Part shown: positions 28,806-37,479 of the stretch, piece by piece
How the letters are laid out: each line of letters begins with the position of its first letter
Numbering within the stretch: the first letter of the stretch is position 1
NCBI GenBank assembly: GCA_040877415.1
Contig: JBBDNV010000140.1
Location: 6,157-70,156, forward strand
Origin: Pirellulales bacterium
Lineage (GTDB): Bacteria > Planctomycetota > Planctomycetia > Pirellulales > PALSA-1355
Direction: 5' to 3'
Length of the DNA stretch: 64,000 bases
Position numbers and translations under genes: made by a program
Notes under the pieces: generated by a model
The model's database searches: none
What the model was told of the DNA's origin: nothing
What the model saw: only the letters and a program-made list of their open reading frames with translations

Positions 28806-30314
28806 ATGCCCCAAGCAATCGGCAAAGTCTATCTCGTCGGCGGCGGGCCGGGCGATCCGGCGTTGATTACGCTGCGCGGTTGCCAGTGCCTGGCGCGGGC
28901 CGACGTCGTGCTCTACGACTACTTGATCAACCCGCAGATCCTCGCGCACGCCAAACCCGAGGCCGAGCTGGTTTGCCTGGGACGCCACGGCCGCGGCCGC
29001 ATCATGCCGCAAGCTGAAATCAACGCCCACCTGGTGCGCCACGCGCGCGAGGGCCGCACGGTCGTGCGCCTCAAAGCGGGCGATCCGGTCGTCTTTGCTC
29101 ACGCCGCCGAAGAAATCGGCGCTTTGGAATCGGCCGGCGTATCCTACGAAATCGTGCCCGGCATCACCGCCGCGCTGGCCGTCGGCAGCTATGCGGCAAT
29201 CCCACTGACGCAAGGCGACTCGGCCTCGGCACTGGCCCTCGTGACCGGGCAGGAACGCAAAGGCAAGTCGCTTGCGCTCGACTACCCGGCCCTGGCCGCC
29301 TTTCCCGGCACGCTCGTGTTCTACATGGGAGTGACCACCGCCAAACAGTGGTGCGCGCGATTGATCGCCGCGGGCAAGCCGGGCGACACGCCGGCCGCCA
29401 TCGTCAGGCGCTGTTCGCTGGCGGATCAGCAGACGATTCCCTGCACGCTGGGCAGCGTGGCCGAAGAAATCCAATCGCGCCGTTTGCGGCCGCCGGCGGT
29501 GGTCGTCGTCGGACCGGTGGCCGCTATGGCGGGGCGTCACGGCTGGTTCGTCGAGCGGCCGCTGTTCGGCGTGCGCGTCCTGGTTACGCGTGCCGCTCAT
29601 CAGGCGCCGGCGCTGGCCGCCGCGCTTGCCGATCTCGGCGCCTTAGTGCTGGTGCAACCGGCCATCGAAATCGCTCCCCCGGCCGATTGGCAGCCGGTCG
29701 ATCGGGCCCTTTCGCAGTTAGACCGGTTCGATTGGCTGGTGTTCGCAAGCGCCAACGGCGTGCGCGCCTGCTTGGACCGATTGCTCGCCGAGCGCGATTT
29801 GCGCGCCTTGGGCCGCGTGAAGCTGGCCGCGATCGGCCCGGGCAGTGCCGAGGAACTGGCGCGCTATCGTCTGCGCGCCGACGTCGTGCCCGACGAATTT
29901 CGGGCCGAATCGCTGGCCGCGGCCTTAGGCAACGAAGCGGCCCTGGGCAAGCGTTTCCTTTTGGTCCGGGCCAGCCGCGGACGCGAAGTGCTGGCAGACC
30001 AGCTCACCACTGCCGGCGCCGTCGTCGAGCAAATCGTCGTCTACACGAGCCGCGACGTCGCCCAGCCGGAAGCAGAGATCGCCGGCCAACTGCGCGACGG
30101 CAAGATCGATTGGATCACGGTCACCAGTTCGGCCATCGCCCGCTCGCTGGCCCACTTGTTCGGCGTCGAGCTGCGCAAATGCCGGCTGGCGACGATCAGC
30201 CCCGTCACGTCGGCCACCCTGCGCGAATTGGGCTACGACGTGGCCGTCGAGGCCGAAGAGTACACGACTGCCGGCCTGGTCAAGGCGATCTCGACCGCCG
30301 AGGGGCACCACTAG
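28806..30314 (+). CDS. cobA: Uroporphyrinogen-III C-methyltransferase fused to uroporphyrinogen-III synthase
   Basis: ATG at 28806. VYLVGGGPGDPALITLRG SAM-methyltransferase N-terminus and a HemD-like C-terminal half (VLVTRA...). The upstream part of track ORF 27684..30314 is antisense to the TPR gene. Confidence 0.85.
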   Translation: MPQAIGKVYLVGGGPGDPALITLRGCQCLARADVVLYDYLINPQILAHAKPEAELVCLGRHGRGRIMPQAEINAHLVRHAREGRTVVRLKAGDPVVFAHAAEEIGALESAGVSYEIVPGITAALAVGSYAAIPLTQGDSASALALVTGQERKGKSLALDYPALAAFPGTLVFYMGVTTAKQWCARLIAAGKPGDTPAAIVRRCSLADQQTIPCTLGSVAEEIQSRRLRPPAVVVVGPVAAMAGRHGWFVERPLFGVRVLVTRAAHQAPALAAALADLGALVLVQPAIEIAPPADWQPVDRALSQLDRFDWLVFASANGVRACLDRLLAERDLRALGRVKLAAIGPGSAEELARYRLRADVVPDEFRAESLAAALGNEAALGKRFLLVRASRGREVLADQLTTAGAVVEQIVVYTSRDVAQPEAEIAGQLRDGKIDWITVTSSAIARSLAHLFGVELRKCRLATISPVTSATLRELGYDVAVEAEEYTTAGLVKAISTAEGHH

Positions 30315-30475
30315 CGGAAACGTGGTGCCAAGGGTGGCTCGCCCACCCGTGCTGTCACCGCGAGAAAGCGTGCTAGCACTATCTTGCATTCAAGCGGCCG
30401 CGGTCGGTTTGCCGATTTGGATAAAGGATTGCCCGCCTCCCCCACGCTTCCCGCCTTTTGAGACGAAGTCCTCCC

Positions 30476-31267
30476 ATGAGCGCCTGCCTCACTCGCGGAA
30501 TCCTCACCATTTCGGTCGATCTGGAAATCGACGTGGCCCACGTCGGACTAGCGGGGGGGCGCGAGATCGAGGAGCTTACCGCGCGGCTCTTGGAGCTATT
30601 CGCCCGCTACGAGATGCCGGCGACTTGGGCCGTGGCCGATCCGGCCGTTTCGGCCGCCCGCGAACCGCTCGCCGCCGCGCGGTCGGGGCACGAGCTGGCG
30701 ATCCTGGGCGACGCGAGCTGGGTCGGGCGCGCCGCGGGCCGCGGCCGGTTTGCCCGCGAGCTGGAACGCCGCGCCGCTCGGGCCCGGGCTGAAGGTTGGC
30801 CCGTCGACACGCTGGTTCTCAAAACGGTCCTGCCGATCGATCACTGCGACCTGGCGATCAAAGAGGGCATCATCGCCGCGCGCCACCTGAGCGCCGCGCA
30901 CAGCGACGGCTCGCCGCGACGGCTGCAACCGCAATCCTTGCGGTTCGGCCTGTGGGCCTTTCCCGTTTCGATCACGCTGCCGGGCACAAGCCGCTGGCTG
31001 CCCGGCGGCGGTGGCTCGCGCGCGGCGCGGTTTGCCATCGATGAAGCGATCAGCGGGAAGGGGTTGGTGCATTTTGTCGTCGACGCCCCGCGGCTTGCCG
31101 CGCGCGGGCGGTCGGGCGTGCGCGAGTTGGTCCGCGTCGTGGAGCACGCCGAACGTCGCCGCCGGCACGGACTGCTGGAAGTGGCCACGCTGGGCGCGAC
31201 GGCCCGCAAGCTCGCGCGCGAGAATCACGGTCGTCCGTCGCACTCCATTCTGCGTCCCGCCGCGTAG
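30476..31267 (+). CDS. Putative polysaccharide deacetylase (NodB-like) family protein
   Basis: LTISVDLE (like the TxDxE motif) and GHELAILGD. Weak, motif-level only. Confidence 0.45.
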   Translation: MSACLTRGILTISVDLEIDVAHVGLAGGREIEELTARLLELFARYEMPATWAVADPAVSAAREPLAAARSGHELAILGDASWVGRAAGRGRFARELERRAARARAEGWPVDTLVLKTVLPIDHCDLAIKEGIIAARHLSAAHSDGSPRRLQPQSLRFGLWAFPVSITLPGTSRWLPGGGGSRAARFAIDEAISGKGLVHFVVDAPRLAARGRSGVRELVRVVEHAERRRRHGLLEVATLGATARKLARENHGRPSHSILRPAA

Positions 31268-31331
31268 GTCAGGCATTCCATGCCTGACAGTTACATCTTC
31301 GCGGGAGAACGTCAGGCACTCCGTGCCTGAC
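31268..31331. repeat. Twin 21-nt hairpins, family D (GTCAGGCAYTCCRTGCCTGAC x2)
   Basis: GTCAGGCATTCCATGCCTGAC at 31268-31288 and GTCAGGCACTCCGTGCCTGAC at 31311-31331. The first begins at the nucleotide after the TAG stop. Confidence 0.85.
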
Positions 31332-31338
31332 TTACACC

Positions 31339-31521
31339 CTACACCAGCTCGCGATACGTGTTCCAGCTCATGTAGCCGAGCGCGGCGCTACAGATCAAAA
31401 TGGCCAGGTCCATCCACAGGCTGGCCTGGCCAAATGGGAAGCCGACCGCCATATCCAACCCGAACATCAAGACCAGCAAGCCGGCTACAACCATTCCAGA
31501 AATGGCTAGCGCTCTGGGCAT
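31339..31521 (-). CDS. Small two-TM membrane protein (hypothetical)
   Basis: 60 aa with two hydrophobic helices. No known motif. Confidence 0.4.
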   Translation of the reverse strand: MPRALAISGMVVAGLLVLMFGLDMAVGFPFGQASLWMDLAILICSAALGYMSWNTYRELV

Positions 31522-31701
31522 TCTCGGGCGTCCTCAAAGCGGCATTCGGGCGGGGTCAAAGTTCACTAGTATAGTTTACGCCCCGTGCGGCGAAAACCAT
31601 CGGAAAAACAGGCACAATCGCGCCAATCGACGCCCGCTCCTTGACCGCGCGCAAAACATACTGTCAGCTGGTCATTTCGCCGCCATGGGGCACCAACCAT
31701 C

Positions 31702-32853
31702 ATGTCCTCTGACCCGCCGAATCGTGCCAGCCGTTGGTCATCCTTCCGCCGGCAAATGCCGGTCGTCGAGAAATGGGCCTACTTCGACCACGCGGCCGTC
31801 GCGCCGTTGCCGGCGAGGACCGGCCAGGCCGTCGTCCGCTGGGCCCAACAGGCAATCACCGAGGGCGACACCGCCTGGACCGCTTGGAGCAAGCGCGTCG
31901 AAGAATGCCGCGCCCTGGCGGCGCGCTTGCTCGGCGCCGAAGTGGCCGAAGTCGCGCTCGTGCACAGCACCAGCGAAGGCATCGGGCTGGTGGCGGAAGG
32001 GTATCCCTGGCGCCCGGGCGACAACGTCGTCACGCTCGACAATGAGTTTCCCTCGAATCAGTATCCGTGGCTGAATCTGGCGTCACGCGGCGTCGAAACG
32101 CGCCGCGTGCTCTCCGACGGCGGCCGGCTCAATCTTGAACGTTTGGAGGCCGCCTGCGACGCGCGGACCCGCATCGTGGCCGTCAGTTGGGTCGGTTATC
32201 TCAGCGGCTGGCGCTGCGATCCGGCGGCCGTGGCCGAAATGGCGCATCGCCGCGGGGCGCTCGTGCTCGTCGACGCGATTCAGGGGCTCGGCGTCTTTCC
32301 GCTCGACGTCAAGGCCGCGTCAATCGACTTTCTGGCCGCCGACGGACACAAATGGCTCCTGGGGCCCGAAGGGGCCGGGCTGTTCTATCTGCGGCGCGAG
32401 CACTTGGACTTGCTGCGCGCGATCGGCATAGGCTGGCACAGCGTCGCCCACGCCGCAGACTACGCCCGCATCGAGCTGGCGCTCAAACCCTCGGCCGCCC
32501 GCTACGAAGGCGGCTCGCAAAACATGGTCGGTTTCCTCGGCCTGGCCGAAAGCCTGGAACTGTTGGCCGAATACGGCCAGGAGGCGATCGGCGCAAGGAT
32601 TCTCGAGATCACCGACCTGGCTTGCCGCCGCCTCGAAGAAACAGGCGCCACGATCGTTAGCCCCCGCGAGGGCGACCACCGCTCGGGAATCGTCTCCTTC
32701 GAGCTAGCGGGCCGCGACGCCCTGGAAGTCAAGCGCCGGCTGCTCGATGCCGGCGTCGTCCTGAGTGCCCGCGGCGGCAAGCTTCGCCTGGCCGCCCACG
32801 CCTACAACGACGAGTCCGACGTCGAGCGGCTCGTCGCCGCGCTCGCACACTAG
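31702..32853 (+). CDS. Class V aminotransferase / cysteine desulfurase-like PLP enzyme
   Basis: FLAADGHKWLLGPEGAGLFY (PLP-lysine context); 383 aa. Confidence 0.8.
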   Translation: MSSDPPNRASRWSSFRRQMPVVEKWAYFDHAAVAPLPARTGQAVVRWAQQAITEGDTAWTAWSKRVEECRALAARLLGAEVAEVALVHSTSEGIGLVAEGYPWRPGDNVVTLDNEFPSNQYPWLNLASRGVETRRVLSDGGRLNLERLEAACDARTRIVAVSWVGYLSGWRCDPAAVAEMAHRRGALVLVDAIQGLGVFPLDVKAASIDFLAADGHKWLLGPEGAGLFYLRREHLDLLRAIGIGWHSVAHAADYARIELALKPSAARYEGGSQNMVGFLGLAESLELLAEYGQEAIGARILEITDLACRRLEETGATIVSPREGDHRSGIVSFELAGRDALEVKRRLLDAGVVLSARGGKLRLAAHAYNDESDVERLVAALAH

Positions 32854-32918
32854 CCCGAAGCGCAAGCGAGGGAGCGTTGCGGAGCAGCCTTGAATTCCCC
32901 TCGCTGGCGCTTCGGGCT
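32852..32918. repeat. REP-like palindromic element, family A
   Basis: AGCCCGAAGCGCAAGCGAGGG ... CCCTCGCTGGCGCTTCGGGCT, with one arm mismatch. It overlaps the TAG stop of the aminotransferase gene. Confidence 0.85.
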
Positions 32919-32989
32919 AGTGTGCCATCGCCCTGCCTATCGCGCAGTATGCTCACGACCAGCGTGAGCAGGGCACCTGATTTTGCCTC

Positions 32990-33017
32990 TTGCAATTTAT
33001 GACATGGGTAGTAAAAT
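32990..33017 (+). promoter_or_regulatory. Candidate sigma-70-type promoter of blaI-blaR1
   Basis: TTGCAA-N16-TAAAAT in a locally AT-rich patch. TTTATGACA is repeated at 32996 (inside the spacer) and at 33022 (just downstream of the -10). Confidence 0.45.
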
Positions 33018-33054
33018 CCGGTTTATGACAGGTGTCGTGAAAAAGGAGGCTCGC

Positions 33055-33450
33055 GTGACGAAGCGCCGCAAACCGCCCCGGCTTTCCGCCGGCGAAATGG
33101 AAATCATGCAGATGCTGTGGCGCGAAGGGCCCGTGACCCTGTCGGCCGCGCACGCCGGCCTGGGACGCGCGATCGGCTACACCACGATCCAGACGCGGCT
33201 CAATCGGCTGGTCGAGAAGAAAGTAGTCGACCGCACGGCCGACCGGCCGGCCCGCTATGTCGCGGCCGTCGAGCCGGCCGAAGTCAGCGCCCGGCATCTG
33301 GCCCTGTTGGTCGAGCGCGTCAGCGGCGGCAGCGTCGTGCCGCTGGTGGCCCACCTGGTGCGCGACTGGGACTTGACGAGCGAGGAAATCGCCCAGCTCA
33401 AAAAACTCATCGCCCAGGCCGAACGAAACTCGAAAACCCAGCGAAAGTAA
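33055..33450 (+). CDS. BlaI/MecI/CopY-family transcriptional repressor
   Basis: AAGGAGG lies 5 nt before the GTG at 33055. LSAGEMEIMQMLW winged-helix N-terminus typical of the family. Confidence 0.8.
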   Translation: MTKRRKPPRLSAGEMEIMQMLWREGPVTLSAAHAGLGRAIGYTTIQTRLNRLVEKKVVDRTADRPARYVAAVEPAEVSARHLALLVERVSGGSVVPLVAHLVRDWDLTSEEIAQLKKLIAQAERNSKTQRK

Positions 33451-33460
33451 GGAGGCCGCC

Positions 33461-36016
33461 ATGAGCCCGTTTGTCGATTGGTTGCCCGCTGAAATCGCTC
33501 GCTCGACGCTGTGGCTGGCGCTGGCCGGCGTGACGGCGGCGCTTCTTTTGAAGCTGGCGAGGATCACTTCGCCGGCGCTGCACCGCATCGCGTGGTGCAT
33601 GACGCTGCTGGTGGGCTGCTTCCTCGTGCGGCTTCCGATCGACGTGCCGTGGTACCCGGCGGAGCCGGCGCCGATGCCGGCAGTCGAGCCTGCGCCGCCA
33701 CGGTCCGATGTTTACGCGGCCGATTCCGAGATGGCAACATTGCCGCCGATCACACCGGAAGCGATGCCGATCGAATCCGGTCCGCCGATCGTGGCGGCTC
33801 CGCCGGCGTCGTCGCCCGCCCGTCCATCGGCCGTTCAGTCGGCTCGATGGGTGCCCAGTTGGCCGCAACTGGCGCTCATGGCATGGATGGTCGGCATTGC
33901 GGCGCTCGTTGCCCTCTGGCTGGTGGGCTACTGCTGGTTTGTTTTTCGTCTGCCGCCCGGGATCGAAGGCGACCCAACCTGGCAAGACGAGTGGCGCACG
34001 TTGCTGGCCGGGCAGGGTACTGGCCGCCCGACCGCGCTGCGCGTGACGGGCAATCTGGGACCGATGCTCTGCCGCCTGCCGCGCGGCTACGAATTGCTCG
34101 TGCCCGAGCCGTTGTGGCGCAAGCTCAGTGCCGCCGAGCGCGAAGCGATCTTGCGGCACGAATTGGCCCACTGGCGGCGCGGCGACGTCTGGAAATCGCT
34201 GGCCGTGCGCGTGCTGGCGCTCGTGCACTGGTTCAATCCCCTGAGCTGGTGGGCCGTGCGCCGCTTTGACGAAGCGGCCGAATGGGCCTGCGACCGCGCC
34301 GCCACGGCCGGCGAGCCAACCGCCTATGCCAAGATTCTCGTGCACCTAAGCGAACTGGCCGGTCCGCGGGCCCGCTACGGCTCGGCCCTGCGCGGCCGCC
34401 CCCTGGCCGCCCGCATTCGGCGTCTCGTGACCAAAGAACAGAAGGAGGACTCCGCGATGAAGAAAACATTTGTGTTCGCTGCTGCCGCGTGCCTGGCATT
34501 CGCCGCGCTCGTGCGCGTGCAACTGGTGGCCCAGGAACCTGCCGGGCCCGCCGAAGTAAAACCCGCGGCACAACCCGCCAGCCCGCGCGTTCAGTCGCAA
34601 AGGGAGCCGGTCGTCGGCCCAGTAGAGGAACCCGTCCCGGCGCCGCCCGCCCCGGAAAACCCTAAATCCGAAAATCTCTGGTTCTTTGTGGGCGCCGAGC
34701 CCGATTCAGCGGTACACAGGGCGCAGCAAAGGATGGTGGAAACGGCCAAACAGGCGTACGGAGCGGCGGTGGCTAGCTGGAAAGCCGCCACGATCACGCC
34801 CGACCGCGTATACATCTGGTCGAGCCGCTGGATGGTGGCTGCGTTGGACGCGGCTCGCAAGCACGAGGATCGCATCGCTGCCGCGACAGCCCACCTGGAC
34901 CGCATGCGGGATTTCGAAAAGAGCATCAAGGTCCTGTATGAAAGCGGCACGAAGGGGGGCGAGGCGCTGGAAATGGCGTCCGCCAACTTCTACGTCGCCG
35001 AAGCCGAGCGTAAGCTGGCGGAGCTCAACGCTCCGCCCCATGTCGCGCCCCGGGCCGCCGTACAGCCCACGATTCCCGTCGCGCCCCGCGCTTCCATACC
35101 GCCGCAAGCGACTCCCCAGCAGCCCGTTCCGCAAGCGACACCCGCGCCAGTGATACCGCCGCAAACGGCGCCACCGGCATTGCGTCCTTCCCCTCCGACT
35201 TCACCGTACCCACGCAACCTGCGCTACGACGAGAAAACCTTCGACGAGTGGACGACCCTGTTGCATCGCGATCTCAGCCCGGTGTTGCGGCGCGACGCGA
35301 TGTACGCGCTGGCCGAATTCGCTGCCAACGGCTACGGACGCGAGGCAACGGAGACGATCTTCGCCACCATGCAAGCCTACGCGCCTTCGTCGACGGACCG
35401 TAGGGAGCGTGAACTGAGCGAAGCGGCCATCTTCGCCGTCGGGAAGGCGCCGTTGGATGACGTCCTGCCCATAGTCACTAAAGCTTTGAAATCGGGCAAC
35501 GGCAACCAGCGCCTGTTCGCGGTGAACGTCCTGCCGGTCAGCAAAGCGAAGGATGAAATTGTCCCTCTGCTGGTGTCCGCCATGCAGGACAAAGATCCGG
35601 CGGTCGCCGACCTGGCCCGTATGCGGTTGGCCGTCATGGACCATGATGCCCCGGCACTGGCCGATTGGCTCCGCGCCGCGTTATCCGGACAGAATTCGCA
35701 GGACCTCTCGAAGGCCCTGTCTTTGCTGGACAGGCCCGAATTGTTCTTTCCTAACGGAGAGCATGTAACCCATATCGCCCGGTTCCCGGCCCTGGCACCG
35801 GAAGTTGTCAATCTGCTGGGCCATGACGAACCAGGAATACGGCGCCAAGCCGCGCATTGTTTGTGGAACTTGGGCCAGGCTGCCGTCCCCGCCCTGGAAG
35901 CTGAGACCTCGAAGTCGGCCACCGCACCGACCTCGACTCGCGCCCGGCAGCTCCTCGACCAGATGCTGCAACCCGCCGGTGCTCCCCGTCGGGAATTCAA
36001 CTGGGAATCGGAGTGA
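33461..36016 (+). CDS. BlaR1-like M56 metallopeptidase sensor with a Pro-rich linker and a C-terminal HEAT-repeat region
   Basis: N-terminal TM helices, zinc motif HELAHWRRGD, and C-terminal HEAT-like repeats (e.g. LRRDAMYALAEF, NQRLFAVNVLP, DPAVADLARMRLA, IRRQAAHCLWNLG). Confidence 0.8.
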   Translation: MSPFVDWLPAEIARSTLWLALAGVTAALLLKLARITSPALHRIAWCMTLLVGCFLVRLPIDVPWYPAEPAPMPAVEPAPPRSDVYAADSEMATLPPITPEAMPIESGPPIVAAPPASSPARPSAVQSARWVPSWPQLALMAWMVGIAALVALWLVGYCWFVFRLPPGIEGDPTWQDEWRTLLAGQGTGRPTALRVTGNLGPMLCRLPRGYELLVPEPLWRKLSAAEREAILRHELAHWRRGDVWKSLAVRVLALVHWFNPLSWWAVRRFDEAAEWACDRAATAGEPTAYAKILVHLSELAGPRARYGSALRGRPLAARIRRLVTKEQKEDSAMKKTFVFAAAACLAFAALVRVQLVAQEPAGPAEVKPAAQPASPRVQSQREPVVGPVEEPVPAPPAPENPKSENLWFFVGAEPDSAVHRAQQRMVETAKQAYGAAVASWKAATITPDRVYIWSSRWMVAALDAARKHEDRIAAATAHLDRMRDFEKSIKVLYESGTKGGEALEMASANFYVAEAERKLAELNAPPHVAPRAAVQPTIPVAPRASIPPQATPQQPVPQATPAPVIPPQTAPPALRPSPPTSPYPRNLRYDEKTFDEWTTLLHRDLSPVLRRDAMYALAEFAANGYGREATETIFATMQAYAPSSTDRRERELSEAAIFAVGKAPLDDVLPIVTKALKSGNGNQRLFAVNVLPVSKAKDEIVPLLVSAMQDKDPAVADLARMRLAVMDHDAPALADWLRAALSGQNSQDLSKALSLLDRPELFFPNGEHVTHIARFPALAPEVVNLLGHDEPGIRRQAAHCLWNLGQAAVPALEAETSKSATAPTSTRARQLLDQMLQPAGAPRREFNWESE

Positions 36017-36082
36017 TAGCGGTAGGGTGCCGTCCAGGCCGCGCCGCTTTACTGGATTGAGCCGCGAACCCCAGCGGCACAA

Positions 36083-36108
36083 AGCCCAGGGAAGGCCTTC
36101 CCTGGGCT
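36083..36108. repeat. Perfect palindrome, family C (AGCCCAGGGAAGG|CCTTCCCTGGGCT)
   Basis: 26-nt perfect palindrome 67 nt after the blaR1 stop, with the same core as 18938..18957. Confidence 0.8.
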
Positions 36109-36167
36109 TGATCTTTGCCCGGCGATTGCCGCATCGCTCAAAAATCATCGCCCTCTTGCGTTTCGCC

Positions 36168-36191
36168 TGTGTATTACTACACTAATACACA
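36168..36191 (+). promoter_or_regulatory. Candidate GntR operator (TGTGTATTA-N6-TAATACACA) overlapping a -10-like TACACT and the gntR start codon
   Basis: The 9-bp inverted arms are perfect and fit the GT-N-AC type dyads of GntR-family operators. TTGCGT(36156)-N16-TACACT(36178) lies 7 nt before the ATG. Confidence 0.45.
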
Positions 36192-36595
36192 TGCCAGCCG
36201 ACTTCCTGTTTCAGGTCTTTCCCACGTCCGGAGTGCCCATCTACCGGCAACTGGTCGACCAGGTGCGCCGCCACGCGGCCAGCGGGCGCGTGCGGGTCGG
36301 CGATTTTCTCCCCTCGGTGCGACAGGTCGCCCTCGAGCTGGAAGTCAATCCCATGACCGTCTCCAAGGCCTATTCGCTCCTGGAGCGCGACGGCGTGGTG
36401 GAGCTCGTCCGCGGGCAGGGGATGCGCGTCGCCCCGCGCCCGCCGGCCGGCGACAACGGCACCTTGCGCGAGCGGCAGGATAAACTGCTGCCCCTGTTAC
36501 ACCAGGTCGCCGCCGAAGCGTATCAGCTATCTCTCTCAGGCAGCCAGCTCAAACCGCTCTTCGACCGCCTCCTCAAGGAGCTCGACGGAAAATGA
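36191..36595 (+). CDS. GntR-family (YtrA-like) transcriptional regulator
   Basis: LPSVRQVALELEVNPMTVSKAYSLLERDGVV helix-turn-helix. The short effector region is typical of the YtrA subfamily. Confidence 0.85.
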   Translation: MPADFLFQVFPTSGVPIYRQLVDQVRRHAASGRVRVGDFLPSVRQVALELEVNPMTVSKAYSLLERDGVVELVRGQGMRVAPRPPAGDNGTLRERQDKLLPLLHQVAAEAYQLSLSGSQLKPLFDRLLKELDGK

Positions 36596-37479
36596 ACAAC
36601 CGAGAAAACGTCCTCGAACTGGTGGCCGTCTCCAAAATTTATTCCGGCCGCCCCGTGCTCGATCGGCTCGACCTGGCGATTCCCGCCGGCAGCGTGGTGG
36701 GCTTGTTGGGCAAGAACGGCGCGGGCAAAACGACCCTCATCCGCTGCGCCCTGGGACTGGCCAAACCCGAGCACGGCACCGCGACCATCCTGGGCGAGAC
36801 GGCCTGGAACCTGAGCGCCAGCGCCAAGGAGCACATCGGCTACGTGCCGCAGACCCCGCAGCTCTATCCGTGGATGCGCGTGCGGCACATCATCGACTAC
36901 GTCGGCTCGTTCTACCGCCGCTGGAACCGCGCGCTCGTCGACCAACTGGCGCGCGACTGGAAGATTCCGCTCGCCCAGCGCGCCGGCACGCTGTCGGTCG
37001 GCGAGCTGCAGAAACTGGCCATCGTGCTGGCCCTGGGGCACGAGCCCGATTTTCTCGTGCTCGATGAGCCGGTGGCCGCGCTCGACCCGGCGGCACGGCG
37101 CGAATTCTTGAAGGTGGTGCTCGAAATCGCCGCGGGCGGCAGCCGCAGCGTGCTGTTTTCCACGCACATCACGTCCGACCTGGAACGCGTGGCCGACCGC
37201 GTGGCGATCCTGCAATCGGGCGCGATCAGCTTCTTCGGCGAATTGGGCGAGCTGAAAGACCGCATCAAACGGCTGCGGCTCGTTTCCACCAACACGTTTC
37301 CCGAAGCTTTTGACCTGCCCGGCATTTTGCGGCAGCGGATCGACGGGAACGAGGCGCTCCTGACGACGCGCGAGATAACCGCGGAGCTGGTCGAGCGGAT
37401 CGAGTCCCAGTGGCACGCCACGGTCGAGATCCAGGACTTGAACCTGGAAGAGATTTTCCTGGAGCTGCACGATGAATAG
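36592..37479 (+). CDS. ABC transporter ATP-binding protein
   Basis: Walker A GLLGKNGAGKTT, signature LSVGELQK and Walker B FLVLDEP. ATGA overlap with gntR. Confidence 0.9.
   Translation: MNNRENVLELVAVSKIYSGRPVLDRLDLAIPAGSVVGLLGKNGAGKTTLIRCALGLAKPEHGTATILGETAWNLSASAKEHIGYVPQTPQLYPWMRVRHIIDYVGSFYRRWNRALVDQLARDWKIPLAQRAGTLSVGELQKLAIVLALGHEPDFLVLDEPVAALDPAARREFLKVVLEIAAGGSRSVLFSTHITSDLERVADRVAILQSGAISFFGELGELKDRIKRLRLVSTNTFPEAFDLPGILRQRIDGNEALLTTREITAELVERIESQWHATVEIQDLNLEEIFLELHDE

Noticed and set aside
28806-30314. The gene fusions (cobA-hemD, aroD-aroE) as novelties.
   Set aside because: Both fusions are well known in various bacteria. They are reported as features only.
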